From: a bacterium
Lineage (GTDB): Bacteria > Zhuqueibacterota > Zhuqueibacteria > Zhuqueibacterales > Zhuqueibacteraceae
Length of the DNA stretch: 56,557 nucleotides
Reading direction: 5' to 3'
NCBI GenBank assembly: GCA_044869275.1
Contig: JBIOXB010000096.1
Span: 1 to 56,557 of the forward strand
Numbering within the stretch: position 1 is the stretch's first letter; every line of letters starts with the position of its first letter. This document shows positions 35,975-45,819 of the stretch, piece by piece. Under the pieces are notes generated by a model. It worked only from the letters and a program-made list of their open reading frames with translations, searched no databases and had not been told where the DNA came from. The translations under genes were made by a program, and so were the position numbers.

Positions 35975-36439
35975 TCAATACTTCGACGAGAAGGTGGTAT
36001 TAAACTCGATGGTCACCCGCACCACGGACTCGACCGGTTTGTTGTTTCTGCGTCCGGGCTTCCAGCGCACGCGCGACACTGCCAGCATGGCCTCGGCGTC
36101 CATGCCAGCGTAGCCGGAGCTTTTATGAACTTTCGTGCCGGCAATTTTCCCCTGGGCGGTCACGCGTGCTTCCACGACGGTGGTGCCGGTTTTGTTTTCT
36201 TTCCAAACTTCCTCCGGTTCTTGCATCGCGGCTTGAATCGCTGCAGCACCTCCCACGGGCAGAGGTTTCGCGTCAAGATTGGAGGTTACCACCACCACCG
36301 CCGGCGGAGGTTTCTCTGTGCTTTTCGTTTCCGGCTCCGCCACTTTTGTCCGGGCTTCTTCTCCTCGCCTTTGACTGTGGCGGGCACCTGCGCATGAACT
36401 CAACATCGCGGCAAGAATCAACATCAACGCGCTTTGCAC
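35975..36439 (-). CDS. TonB C-terminal-domain lipoprotein
   Basis: Lipobox LSSC; Pro-rich linker; G.TVVEARV...G.I...KV.KSSG...MD.EA..AV....WKPG.....PV...V...IEF. Start uncertain (GTG 36439 or TTG 36460). Confidence 0.78.
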   Translation of the reverse strand: MQSALMLILAAMLSSCAGARHSQRRGEEARTKVAEPETKSTEKPPPAVVVVTSNLDAKPLPVGGAAAIQAAMQEPEEVWKENKTGTTVVEARVTAQGKIAGTKVHKSSGYAGMDAEAMLAVSRVRWKPGRRNNKPVESVVRVTIEFNTTFSSKY

Positions 36440-36664
36440 TTGCACACCTCCGTTCCACAAGGTGAAATTCCTCCTGACAACATAGCATAATGCCCGGCCA
36501 TTCACAAACAAATTCTCCCCCTGCCGCCGAGTGCCGGGCAAGAACCGGCGCAGGCTTTGGGCTTGCAAATCGCGAATAGCGTGGTTACATTTTTCGCCGG
36601 CATTTGACCTCTGGCGAAGGAAACGCATCTCTTCCCTACTTTCATCTGCGACGCGGAATTTGAC

Positions 36665-37504
36665 ATGCTGCGCTTTCTGCTTTGGTCCATGGCAATTCTG
36701 ATCATCTTCGCCCTGCTGCTGCGCCTGGGCGAGCCGCGCTTGGTGTTTTTCCCCAGTTCATATCCCGCCGGCTATTGGCATCCGCAAATCGCCGGGCTGC
36801 ATGTCGAAGACGTTTGGCTCACCACTGCCGATGCCGTGAAAATTCACGGCTGGTTCGTGCCCCACGATTCCGCCGCCGCCAACTTGATCATGGCACACGG
36901 CAACGGCGGCAATCTCAGCGATCGTTTGGAATGGCTCACGCTGCTGCACGAACACATTCCCGCCAATCTATTCATGTTCGACTATCGCGGCTATGGCCGC
37001 AGCGCCGGCAAACCCAGCGAGGACGGCTGCTATCGTGACGCGGAAGCGGCACATGATTATCTGCGCGGGAAGTTTCCCGCCCTGCCGATCATCGCGCACG
37101 GCCATTCGCTCGGCGGCGCAGTGATGATCGAGCTCGCCTGCCGCCGCGCCTTGCAGGGGCTCATCGTCGAATCTTCTTTCACCCATGCACGTGACATGGC
37201 CAGGCTCATGTTCGGGCCGTTGCCGGTTTATTGGCTGGCGAAAATGAAATGGGCCAGCATTGACAAAGTATCCCGGCTGACCATTCCGAAACTTTTTTTG
37301 CACGGCGATCGCGATGGCGTGATCCCTTATGCTCTCGGCCAACAGCTCTACGCGCACGCCGCCGAGCCCAAGCAGTTTGTGACCTTGCCGGGAGCGGACC
37401 ATAATGATACTTATCTCGTCGGCGGAGAGCGATATTTTCAAGCGGTAAAAAATTTCGTGCTGGCGAACGCAAACGCCGCAGGGGAAGCATCGAATCTCAA
37501 ATAG
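36665..37504 (+). CDS. alpha/beta hydrolase (Bem46/ABHD13-like)
   Basis: N-terminal TM, HGNGGN, DYRGYGRS.G.PSE.G, GHSLGG, HGDRD, GADHND. Confidence 0.9.
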   Translation: MLRFLLWSMAILIIFALLLRLGEPRLVFFPSSYPAGYWHPQIAGLHVEDVWLTTADAVKIHGWFVPHDSAAANLIMAHGNGGNLSDRLEWLTLLHEHIPANLFMFDYRGYGRSAGKPSEDGCYRDAEAAHDYLRGKFPALPIIAHGHSLGGAVMIELACRRALQGLIVESSFTHARDMARLMFGPLPVYWLAKMKWASIDKVSRLTIPKLFLHGDRDGVIPYALGQQLYAHAAEPKQFVTLPGADHNDTYLVGGERYFQAVKNFVLANANAAGEASNLK

Positions 37505-37514
37505 TTTTATACTC

Positions 37515-38402
37515 ATGCCGTCGTCGTCCACTCCTCTGTATCGCGTGATGCTGGTCATTGCCGCCGGCATCCTGGCCGTATCCTTCGCCGCGATTTTCAT
37601 CCGCTGGTGTGAGGCGCCGCCGCTGGCCATCGCATTCTATCGCCTGCTATTCGCCTCCCTCTTTTTCTGGATGACCGGAGGTATGCGATCCTGGTCCGAG
37701 TTCAAAAAGTTGCTGCGCGCCGACTGGATTTTAGGAGGGCTATCCGGTCTTGCGCTCGCCATGCATTTCGCGACGTGGATTACATCATTATCCTACACCT
37801 CGGTCACGAGTTCCGTGGTGTTGGTGGCGACCAGCCCGATCTTTGTCGCGCTGGGAGCGATTTTCATTCTGCGCGAGCCGGTGCGGCCACTGCTCTCTGT
37901 CGGGTTACTCCTGGCTTTCACCGGCGCCATCATCATTACCTTCGACGAAGCGAGCGGCGGTGAAAACTCCCTTCTCGGCAACGCCCTGGCCATCGCTGGT
38001 GCGCTTTTCGGTGGCATCTATTTCTTAATCGGCCGCGTGCTGCGCAGGCGCATCGCCACCATTCCGTACGTCACGCTGTGCTATACCGCCGCCGCCGCCT
38101 GCTTGTGGTTCGGAACACAAATCTTTGCCGTGCCCTTGCGCGGCTACGCGCTGCCAACGTTTGGCATCTTCCTGCTGCTCGCCCTGGTGCCGCAAGTGAT
38201 CGGGCACACCAGCTTCAATTGGGCGCTCAAACATCTCTCCGCGCCTGCGGTTTCGGTTACGCTGCTCGGCGAGCCGGTGGGCGCGAGCATTCTGGCATTC
38301 GTCTTTTTTGAGGAACGGCCATCTGTGCGCGCCGTGCTCGGCGGCGGTCTGGCGCTGGCCGGCGTGGCCATGGCCATCTTTTCAGAAGGAAGGAAATCAT
38401 GA
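37515..38402 (+). CDS. DMT/EamA-family transporter
   Basis: ~10 TM; AVSFAAIFIR, HFATWI.SL.YTSV.SS, GHTSFNWAL, LGEPVGA. Confidence 0.9.
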   Translation: MPSSSTPLYRVMLVIAAGILAVSFAAIFIRWCEAPPLAIAFYRLLFASLFFWMTGGMRSWSEFKKLLRADWILGGLSGLALAMHFATWITSLSYTSVTSSVVLVATSPIFVALGAIFILREPVRPLLSVGLLLAFTGAIIITFDEASGGENSLLGNALAIAGALFGGIYFLIGRVLRRRIATIPYVTLCYTAAAACLWFGTQIFAVPLRGYALPTFGIFLLLALVPQVIGHTSFNWALKHLSAPAVSVTLLGEPVGASILAFVFFEERPSVRAVLGGGLALAGVAMAIFSEGRKS

Positions 38403-39301
38403 AACACATTTTGCTCGCAGCCAACACGCGCTCGGCGCGCGGCCGGGGCGAACAAATTCTGCGCGAAACCCTCGCAGGATTCTCGCGTGCCGACGTGCAA
38501 TGCGAAGTGGTCGTGTCGCAGCATCACGGCCATTTCTTTGAAATCTTGCCCGCCTATTTGCAGGGGCACTGGGATGCCGTCGCAGCACTCGGCGGCGACG
38601 GCACGCTGTTCCAAGTCGTCAACGTTTGCCTGCGCCAGCCGCAGTTCAACACGCCGCTCGCATTGATTCCAGCGGGCACCGGCAACTCATTTTCGCAGGA
38701 GTTTCGCAATGGCAAATCTCGGCCACACTGGGAGCGCCTGCTCAGCGGCGAGCTCACGCCGGTGGATGTTTTGCATTGCCGCCTTGACCATCCCATCTCG
38801 TGGTATCACCGCGAATACTACTTCGTGAATGTCGTTGGCGCGGGCTTTGTCTCAGATGTAAATATTACTTCACAAAGTTACAAAGATTTGGGCATGTTCG
38901 CCTATGCCTTGGGTGTTATTCTGACGCTGATAAAACTGCGCCCGGCACGCCTGCAGATGATTCTGGACGGTCAAACGATCGCGCGCGACAGCGTTTTTGT
39001 GATGATTTGCAACTCGCGATATATCGGCGGCAACATGAAGGTCGCGCCCGAGGCGCGTATTGATGATGGCATAATGGACATCGTGGTGGCCCGAGAAATC
39101 TCGCGCACAGCGTTGGTGCGGGCGTTCCCCTCGGTGTTTGCCGGCACGCACGTGCATCATCCCAAAATCGAGATGTTCCGTGGCCGCAAACTGCGTCTGG
39201 AATCAGAGCCGCCGCAGCTCTTGACGCCCGACGGTGAAATCGCCGGCAGCACGCCGATGGAAATCGAAGTGCTGCCGCGGCGGTTGCAGTTCATTTTATA
39301 A
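38399..39301 (+). CDS. diacylglycerol/lipid kinase family protein (YegS/DagK-like)
   Basis: GGDGT, IPAGTGN, FVNVVGAG, NSRYIGG, P.A..DDG, DGE; ATGA overlap with the upstream gene. Confidence 0.9.
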   Translation: MKHILLAANTRSARGRGEQILRETLAGFSRADVQCEVVVSQHHGHFFEILPAYLQGHWDAVAALGGDGTLFQVVNVCLRQPQFNTPLALIPAGTGNSFSQEFRNGKSRPHWERLLSGELTPVDVLHCRLDHPISWYHREYYFVNVVGAGFVSDVNITSQSYKDLGMFAYALGVILTLIKLRPARLQMILDGQTIARDSVFVMICNSRYIGGNMKVAPEARIDDGIMDIVVAREISRTALVRAFPSVFAGTHVHHPKIEMFRGRKLRLESEPPQLLTPDGEIAGSTPMEIEVLPRRLQFIL

Positions 39302-39310
39302 CTGCCCGTC

Positions 39311-39424
39311 GGATTGGTGGATTGGTGGATTGATGGATTGATGGAGTGGTGGATTGATGCATTCGTCTCAATCCAACGATCCAACGATCCAACAATCCAT
39401 CAATCCAATAATCCAATAATCCAT
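39311..39424. repeat. inverted octamer tandem arrays
   Basis: (GGATTGRT)x6 followed by (YRATCCAW)x7. Confidence 0.85.
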
Positions 39425-39464
39425 CATTGCAATAGCCCTGTATTCCCGAATACGATTGCCAAAC

Positions 39465-40397
39465 ATGATAGAACTTGTCTTCCTGGGCACCGGCTCGGCC
39501 ATGCCCACGGCGCAGCGCAATCTTTCCGGCACGGCGCTGAGGCGCAACGGCGAAATCTTTTTGTTTGATTGCGGTGAAGGCACGCAAATGCAATTCCGCC
39601 GCGCCGGCTTGCGGCCGGGAAAACTGCGCCACCTTTTCATTTCGCATTTTCACGGCGATCATCTTTTCGGGTTGCCCGGCCTGCTGACCAGCCTGCACAT
39701 GGCGGGATTGCGCCACGAGTTGCACCTTTACGGCCCGCGCGGCTTGCGCGACTATATTCAATTTCATCAGAAATTGTGCGGCTTTACACTCGAATTCCAA
39801 TTATGCCTGCACGAAATTAGTGATACGACGGAAACGACGCTTTGGACAGCGCCGGAGTATCGCGTTGAATGGCAGCCGTTGCAGCATCGCATTTTTACGG
39901 CGGGATTTGCGCTGGTGGAAACTCCGCGCCTCGGCAAATTCGATGTCGAACGCGCGAATCATTTGGGGGTGCCGGACGGGCCCGAGCGCGGGAGGCTGCA
40001 AAGGGGCGAGAGCGTGCAACTGGCCAGCGGCAAGATGATTCATCCCCACGAAGTCTTGGGCCCGCCGCGGCCGGGCATGAAAATCGCGTACGCCGTGGAT
40101 ACTTCGCCCTGCGCCGGCCAGGAGTATCTCGCGCAAAACGCTGACGCCTTGATCGCTGACGCGACTTTTCGTTCTGCGGAAGGAGCCTGGGCGCTGCAAA
40201 CCGGCCACTCCACCTCCGCCCAGGCGGCGCAAGTCGCGAAAAAATGCGGCGTGCAAACGCTGTTTCTGACACACTTCAGCGGTACGCTCACGGAGGCCGA
40301 TCTGCTTGCGCATGGTGAAGAAGCGCGCGCGATTTTCCCCAATAGCATTGTGGCGGGCGACTTATCACGCTTTGCGATTCCACGACCGTTGGGATAG
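39465..40397 (+). CDS. rnz: ribonuclease Z
   Basis: FLGTGSAMPT..RN, LFDCGEGTQ, SHFHGDH, exosite GVP.GP, DT, GHST, LTHFS. Confidence 0.9.
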   Translation: MIELVFLGTGSAMPTAQRNLSGTALRRNGEIFLFDCGEGTQMQFRRAGLRPGKLRHLFISHFHGDHLFGLPGLLTSLHMAGLRHELHLYGPRGLRDYIQFHQKLCGFTLEFQLCLHEISDTTETTLWTAPEYRVEWQPLQHRIFTAGFALVETPRLGKFDVERANHLGVPDGPERGRLQRGESVQLASGKMIHPHEVLGPPRPGMKIAYAVDTSPCAGQEYLAQNADALIADATFRSAEGAWALQTGHSTSAQAAQVAKKCGVQTLFLTHFSGTLTEADLLAHGEEARAIFPNSIVAGDLSRFAIPRPLG

Positions 40398-40420
40398 CAT
40401 AACCGTCGCGCGGGTGGTGT

Positions 40421-40615
40421 TTAGGTGATTAGCTTTTCAAACTCAGAATAAAATTCCAACCTTTTAACGCCAACGGATAGATTAAGACCAACGGATGAAA
40501 AGACTAAGAGTTTTATCCGTTGGAATTAATCTATCCGTTGGAGAGTTTTTGTCTAAAGCTGCTCCGAAAGGAGTTTCGGTTTTCAGCGTGCTGAAAATCC
40601 AATGAAGTCCCTTAG
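40421..40615 (+). repeat. composite structured element, copy 3 (TTAG-bounded)
   Basis: Homologous to 34234-34419; tail gctgctccGAAAggagtttcggttttcagcgtgctgaaaatcc; ends in TTAG. Confidence 0.8.
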
Positions 40616-40659
40616 CCTCCCGGGCCGCACAATTGACAAAAAACCTATACAGGATCGCC

Positions 40660-41340
40660 ATGAACAATATCCAAGCCGTTCTCTTCGACGTCGGCCAAAC
40701 CATTCTATCGCCGGATTATCCTTACCTCCAGGGCATGCTGGCCGAATTCGGCGTTCACGCGGACTTTGACCAGCTGGCCAGAGGCGCGGCTCTGGCGCGA
40801 GAAAAGTATTTTCGCGGGAATCCAGGCGAGCCTTGGAAGGAGTACTTCAGTTATTGGTTTACCGGCATAGGCGCGCGCGCCGAGGATTTGCCCGCCATGC
40901 TCAAACGCGTTTACGAACGCCATCATGCCGTTTACCTTTGGAATTACGTCGAGCCCACAGCGCGGCAAACTTTCGGGGCCCTGCAGGCGATGGGCTTGCG
41001 CTTGGGCATTATTTCCAACGCCGATGGCAAAGTGCATAGCATTCTGCAACAGCTCCAGCTCGACCACTTTTTTGAATGCATCATCGATTCCAAAATCGTG
41101 GGCGTGGAAAAACCCGATCCCGCGATCTTCCGGCTGGCTTTGCAAGCCCTGCATCTCCCGGCCGAACATTGCATCTATGTGGGCGATCATTACGATCGCG
41201 ACGTCCTCGGGGCGCGCCATGCCGGCTTCCTGCCGGTTTTGCTCGATCCCTTCGAGGTCGTGCCCGAACACGACGTCTACCGCATCAAAGCGTTAGCCGA
41301 GCTGGTCGATCTTCTGCGCGCAGGCCTCCCTTCGTACTAA
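40660..41340 (+). CDS. HAD-superfamily hydrolase, subfamily IA
   Basis: VLFDVGQT, IISNAD, EKPDP.IF, YVGD....DV.GA..AG. Confidence 0.9.
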   Translation: MNNIQAVLFDVGQTILSPDYPYLQGMLAEFGVHADFDQLARGAALAREKYFRGNPGEPWKEYFSYWFTGIGARAEDLPAMLKRVYERHHAVYLWNYVEPTARQTFGALQAMGLRLGIISNADGKVHSILQQLQLDHFFECIIDSKIVGVEKPDPAIFRLALQALHLPAEHCIYVGDHYDRDVLGARHAGFLPVLLDPFEVVPEHDVYRIKALAELVDLLRAGLPSY

Positions 41341-41626
41341 TACCGGTTTTGAGCGAAGCCATGACGAAGTTGTAATCATATGCCAGGAGGCTCATTTTGC
41401 GGCGCCCTCTCCTTCCGTTTTTCTAACACCGCCCGGCAGGTTTTTCTGAACATAAATGGGTATGGCCGGGTCCTCTCATGTTGGTACAAAAATTGATCAT
41501 ACAAAAAAAGGCTGCGGTGCTGCGGCAGGAGTTGTCAGGAAAACCTTGCCGGCAGCCCGCAGGGAAATGCCGAGCACGAAGAAAAAACAAATGGGCGCAA
41601 AAAATCGTTAACTGGAGGTGCTTCCC

Positions 41627-42013
41627 ATGCTGCAAATCAAAATGCCCTTGTCATCACTGGATTCAGGAGTTGATCGCGTTGCCACCGAGCACATGCCCAT
41701 GGCCGGCGTCGAATTGAACATGAACGGGGGGGACTGCTGTGTGCAAATCACATTGAAAGGCGCCATTTGCGGCTCCAGTGTCGACACTCTGGTGCAATTT
41801 CTCAAAGGGGTATCCGGGCTGGTGGGAACCAAGTGGAGCCTGCAGATGGACGATTTGCAGGTATTGAGCACGCGCGGCATGAGCACGTTGTTCCGCTTTG
41901 CCGAACATCAGCGCCGGCGTGGCTTTAAAGTGGAAGTGCACGGTGCCAGCCAGTACGTCCATGCTGCCTTGAAAGAATCAAAAATGGCGCGAGCTTTTGC
42001 CTGGGCGGATTGA
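41627..42013 (+). CDS. STAS-domain (anti-sigma-factor antagonist-like) protein
   Basis: GGAGGT RBS; ITLKGAI...L.M.DLQVLSTRG...L......RR.G.KV.V.GA...V...L pattern. Confidence 0.65.
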   Translation: MLQIKMPLSSLDSGVDRVATEHMPMAGVELNMNGGDCCVQITLKGAICGSSVDTLVQFLKGVSGLVGTKWSLQMDDLQVLSTRGMSTLFRFAEHQRRRGFKVEVHGASQYVHAALKESKMARAFAWAD

Positions 42014-42206
42014 TTTTTTGTGGCGCTCGCATGTTGCACCTTAAGGCCGAAGATGAAAGCGCGAATCGTCTTCGGCCTTTTTCATTCCGTCCCGAAACTG
42101 TCAGCTCCAGCACACATTGCGGTCTTCGTACCAATCTGGACGAAATTCAAGTGCGCAAATGCTTTTGTCGAAATAAGAGGCAATTGCGTTTATTCAGCTC
42201 ATCGCC

Positions 42207-43436
42207 TCAATCCTCCAGAACGACTTTCTGATACCTTTTCTTTCCCGCGCGCAACAACAGCGCTTGATTCTCAAAATCCGCTGGCGTGACCACATCTTCA
42301 ATGGACTCGATGCGCCGGCGGTTCACATAGGCGCCGCCCTGGCCGATCAATCGCCGCGCTTCACTTTTCGAAGGGGCCAGTCCGGTGAGATGGAACAAAT
42401 CTATGGCCTTCATGCTCTGCGCCAGGCGTGCGCGATCCAGACGAAATGTCGGAATCTCAGCACCGTCGCCTTCGTGGCCAAAAAGCGCATGCGCGGCTTT
42501 TTGGGCCTTTTCCGCCTCCGCTTTGCCGTGCACCAGGGCCGTCACTTCGAACGCCAGCCTTGCTTTCGCCGTGCGCAATTCCGCTCCCTGCCATTTTTCG
42601 AAACCGGCGATTTCGTCCAAAGGCAGAAAAGTATATAAGCGCAGCAGCTTGATCACGTCGCGATCGTCAGTGTTGATCCAATATTGATAAAAATCGTACG
42701 GCTTGAAGCGCTCCGCCGAGAGCCATACCGCGCCCGCCGCGGTCTTGCCCATTTTTTGCCCGCTGGCCGTGGTCAAGAGCGGCGTGGTCGCCGCAAATAC
42801 TTCATGGTTTTCGATTTTGCGTACCAGCTCGACTCCAGGCAGAATATTGCCCCATTGATCATTTCCGCCGATCTGCAAAACACAGCGATAGCGGCGATGC
42901 AGCATCAAAAAGTCGTAAGCCTGCAGGAGTTGATAATTGAATTCCAAAAACGTCAAGCCGGTTTCCAAGCGCGTTTTGTAAGCCTCCGTGGCGAGCATGC
43001 GATTGACGCTGAAGTGCCGGCCGATGTCCCGCAGGAACTCGACATAATTCAAACCCAGCAGCCATTCGGCGTTATTCACCAACAAAGCTTGCCCGTTTTC
43101 GAAGCTGATAAAGCGCGAAAATTGCTCGCGAATCAGCTCGCCGTTGGCAGCGATCTGTTCGCGCGTGAGCATTTTGCGCAGCTCGGTTTTGCCGCTGGGG
43201 TCGCCGATCATGGCCGTGCCGCCGCCGAGCAGCGCAATCGGGCGATGGCCGGCGCGTTGCAGGTGCGCCAGCACCATGATTTGCACCAAATTGCCCACAT
43301 GCAAACTCGTGGCCGTCGGATCGAAGCCGATATAGCAGGTGATTTTTTCTTTTTCCAGGAGGGTGCGCAGCGCCGGCTCGTTTGAAACCTGTTGCACAAA
43401 ACCGCGCTGCGCAAGCTCATCATAAACGTTCATCAC
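42207..43436 (-). CDS. tyrS: tyrosine--tRNA ligase
   Basis: YIGFDPTA.SLHVGN (HIGH), IGDPSGK, EFNYQLLQAYDF, QIGG.DQWGN, KMGKT, C-terminal S4 domain. Confidence 0.97.
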   Translation of the reverse strand: MMNVYDELAQRGFVQQVSNEPALRTLLEKEKITCYIGFDPTATSLHVGNLVQIMVLAHLQRAGHRPIALLGGGTAMIGDPSGKTELRKMLTREQIAANGELIREQFSRFISFENGQALLVNNAEWLLGLNYVEFLRDIGRHFSVNRMLATEAYKTRLETGLTFLEFNYQLLQAYDFLMLHRRYRCVLQIGGNDQWGNILPGVELVRKIENHEVFAATTPLLTTASGQKMGKTAAGAVWLSAERFKPYDFYQYWINTDDRDVIKLLRLYTFLPLDEIAGFEKWQGAELRTAKARLAFEVTALVHGKAEAEKAQKAAHALFGHEGDGAEIPTFRLDRARLAQSMKAIDLFHLTGLAPSKSEARRLIGQGGAYVNRRRIESIEDVVTPADFENQALLLRAGKKRYQKVVLED

Positions 43437-43463
43437 AAGACAACCCTTTTATCTAAAGATCTG

Positions 43464-43613
43464 CTAGTACACTGTCATCATAATTCTTGTAACCACTTCA
43501 TAAACTGTCATTCAGGAGGAATCTTGTGACGCATGAGCACATTGCTCAATTCTGCCAAGATTCTTTCAGAATGACATGATAAAGGTACAGTTTTCAAGGT
43601 GACAGAGTACTAG
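43464..43613. mobile_element. MITE-like element with CTAG-ended terminal inverted repeats
   Basis: CTAGTACACTGTCA ... TGACAGAGTACTAG (13/14 match); inner tgtcattc..gaatcttg / caagattc..gaatgaca pair. Confidence 0.7.
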
Positions 43614-43671
43614 CCATTTCCATCTCGGACAAAATGTACTGAAATTTTTGGCATGCGTTTAATTTTGTTAC

Positions 43672-44142
43672 TTACGCATACGTTTGCTTGGCCCGGAATA
43701 CGCGTTTCATTTCGCGCTCGGCATCACGCTTGGCAATGGACTCGCGTTTGTCGTACTGCTTCTTGCCTTTGGCCAGGGCGAGTTCAACTTTCACCTTGCC
43801 GTGCGCGAAATAAAGCTGCAACGGCACCAGGGTCAATCCGGTTTCCTTGGTCTTGCCGATCAAGCGCCGGATCTCACGGCGGTGCAGCAGTAATTTGCGG
43901 TCGCGCTCGGGGTCGTGATTATTGATATTGCCATGGGAATAGGGGCTGATGTGCACGCCATAGAGCCAAACCTCGCCCGCGCGCATCGCGGCATAGGAGT
44001 CTTTCAAGTTCGCGCGGCCATCGCGCAAGCTTTTGACTTCCGTGCCGCGCAATGCGATTCCGGCCTCGTAAGTTTCCAGAATCTCATAATCGTGCCGCGC
44101 TTTGCGGTTCTGCGCGATAATTTTTTTCGGGGAATCTTTCAT
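43672..44142 (-). CDS. smpB: SsrA-binding protein
   Basis: [42 protein letters not shown]. Confidence 0.97.
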   Translation of the reverse strand: MKDSPKKIIAQNRKARHDYEILETYEAGIALRGTEVKSLRDGRANLKDSYAAMRAGEVWLYGVHISPYSHGNINNHDPERDRKLLLHRREIRRLIGKTKETGLTLVPLQLYFAHGKVKVELALAKGKKQYDKRESIAKRDAEREMKRVFRAKQTYA

Positions 44143-44201
44143 CAACGACCACAGGTTCGCATTTTGATATTTGTAAGTGTTCAGAACAAAAAAGCAACGC
44201 A

Positions 44202-44280
44202 AACAGATTAAGCGGATTGAGCAGATAATTATTCCGGCAAACGAAGCATTAAAATCCGCTTTATCCGCTCAATCCGCTTA
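44202..44280. repeat. periodic 9-mer inverted repeat (CRGAT/ATCCG units)
   Basis: aacagattaagcggattgagcagat ... atccgctttatccgctcaatccgctta. Confidence 0.65.
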
Positions 44281-44380
44281 CAAAAGCAGTCGCGGAATAG
44301 TATCATAGATTCTTTAAAATAAAGTTTGAAGCCCCCAAAAGCAAGCCTTTTGCCCGAGACGGAAAGGTCTGACAAAGCTC

Positions 44381-44409
44381 TTGACTTTCGTAGCCTGCTT
44401 TTTTACCTT
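44381..44409 (+). promoter_or_regulatory. sigma70 promoter of tRNA-Leu
   Basis: TTGACT-N17-TACCTT, 35 bp upstream of the tRNA. Confidence 0.65.
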
Positions 44410-44443
44410 TTAAAGATTTTTTGCAGGCTTCCTGTCGTTCTTT

Positions 44444-44527
44444 GCCGAAGTGGTGGAACTGGTAGACGCGCTGCGTTCAGGGCGCAGTGGGCGTACGCCC
44501 GTGGGGGTTCGAATCCCCCCTTCGGCA
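44444..44527 (+). tRNA. tRNA-Leu(CAG)
   Basis: Acceptor GCCGAAG/CTTCGGC + A, D-loop GGAACTGGTAGAC, anticodon arm CTGCG-TTCAGGG-CGCAG, long variable arm, GGTTCGAATCC; CCA not encoded. Confidence 0.95.
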
Positions 44528-44533
44528 CTCGCG

Positions 44534-44565
44534 AGCCAAAATCATATAACGATTTTGGCTTTTTT
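44534..44565 (+). terminator. intrinsic terminator after the tRNA
   Basis: AGCCAAAATC-N7-GATTTTGGCT followed by a T run. Confidence 0.8.
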
Positions 44566-44734
44566 GTTGCAACGCCGCAACACCTCACATTTGCGCGTAA
44601 CTTAATCGAGAGCATTTCACGCTTGTGTTTTTTTGAATTTCAGCTATATTGACGAGTGCTTCAGATTTTGGGCGCCAGGGCGTTGATATTCATTGTTGGT
44701 CATGCCGTTCTGCAACCTTGCTAAGGAGAGCAAA

Positions 44735-45412
44735 ATGACAAACTGTGAAGACCAGTTTGCAGAGGCCGCCAGGTTCTGGGATGAAGGAAAACTCCAGGAA
44801 GCCATGGCGGTTTATCAGAAACTGCTGCGCGACGAGGCCATCCCGGCCATGGCGCGCGCCGTCCTGTGCGAATACCTCGGACGATTGCAGGTGGGCTTGG
44901 GCGATCTCGCCACAGCGGAAGAGTTTTTGCGGCGCGCGATTACGCTGGATCCCGAAGGCGTCGATCACCATGTGCAATTGGCAAATTGCCTGTGTTTGTG
45001 CGAGCGCCAGGAAGAAGCCTGGGAGTTGATGCAAAAACTCCATCAGCGCCATCCGGACCATCCCACGGTGATCCACTATGTGGGCAAAATGCTCGACGAG
45101 CGCGGCCAGCACCAGAAAGGCCTGGCGCTGATGAAAAAAGCCGTACACCTCGACCCCAACAATGAGCGCATGCTCGCGGATTTGGCCTTGTCTTACCTCA
45201 TGCACGGCAATCCCGGCGCGGCGATGGTTTGCAGCGAGCAGGCATTGGAGCTGAATGCGGAGGACGAGGTCGTACGATTCGTGCACGATCTCGCCAGCGA
45301 ATTCGAGAATTCCGCTCGTGCCCGGAAATCATCCGCACAAAATCGCGCCGCACGCCGGAAACGGAACACCACAAAATCCCGGGCCAAGGATTTGAAGCGA
45401 AACGTGCCATGA
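44735..45412 (+). CDS. TPR-repeat protein
   Basis: AAGGAG RBS; repeated A...L..A..LDP motifs; basic C-terminal tail. Confidence 0.85.
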   Translation: MTNCEDQFAEAARFWDEGKLQEAMAVYQKLLRDEAIPAMARAVLCEYLGRLQVGLGDLATAEEFLRRAITLDPEGVDHHVQLANCLCLCERQEEAWELMQKLHQRHPDHPTVIHYVGKMLDERGQHQKGLALMKKAVHLDPNNERMLADLALSYLMHGNPGAAMVCSEQALELNAEDEVVRFVHDLASEFENSARARKSSAQNRAARRKRNTTKSRAKDLKRNVP

Positions 45413-45801
45413 ACGGTGATGCGCCTTTGCTGCAGCGGGCCCAGGCCTTTCTCGCACAGTTTTCGCAAGCAGAAGACAGATGGATTGGCGCATTGCTGGC
45501 TTCGCCCGACGGCCTGCTCGTTGCCCATCACCTCCCCCTTTCCGACCATCTCGAAAAAATCGCCGCGATGTCCACAGCGCTGTATGCTTTGGGCAAAGAA
45601 ATCGGCACCGCACTCGTGTTGGGGCAATATCGCGCATTGCATGTGCACTTTCAAAACGGCGAAGTGTATTTAGTCAGTGCCGGCGACTATACCCTGGTGG
45701 TGGCCTCCGCGCTCGAATTGCAGCCGGCGGCATTAGATGCGCTCGCGCAACAAGCGGCAGAGCAGCTCCTTCCGGCGCAACCTGCGCTTCCGCATGAATG
45801 A
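45409..45801 (+). CDS. roadblock/LC7-domain protein (MglB/CvnB-like)
   Basis: ATGA overlap with the TPR gene; ALLASPDGLLVA...IAAMSTAL..LG.....L..G......V....G.VYL. Confidence 0.85.
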   Translation: MNGDAPLLQRAQAFLAQFSQAEDRWIGALLASPDGLLVAHHLPLSDHLEKIAAMSTALYALGKEIGTALVLGQYRALHVHFQNGEVYLVSAGDYTLVVASALELQPAALDALAQQAAEQLLPAQPALPHE

Positions 45802-45819
45802 TTTCTCATACTTCTCTCC

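Noticed and set aside
39311..39424. CRISPR array
   Set aside because: Units are 8 nt with no spacers; no 23-47-nt repeat-spacer pattern or cas genes were seen in the window.
43437..43670. T-box leader for tyrS or tmRNA next to smpB
   Set aside because: No T-box consensus or tmRNA ends were recognised; the space is explained by an inverted-repeat element.
44444..44565. Prophage or island integrated at tRNA-Leu
   Set aside because: No integrase and no duplicated tRNA 3' end seen; an ordinary terminator follows.
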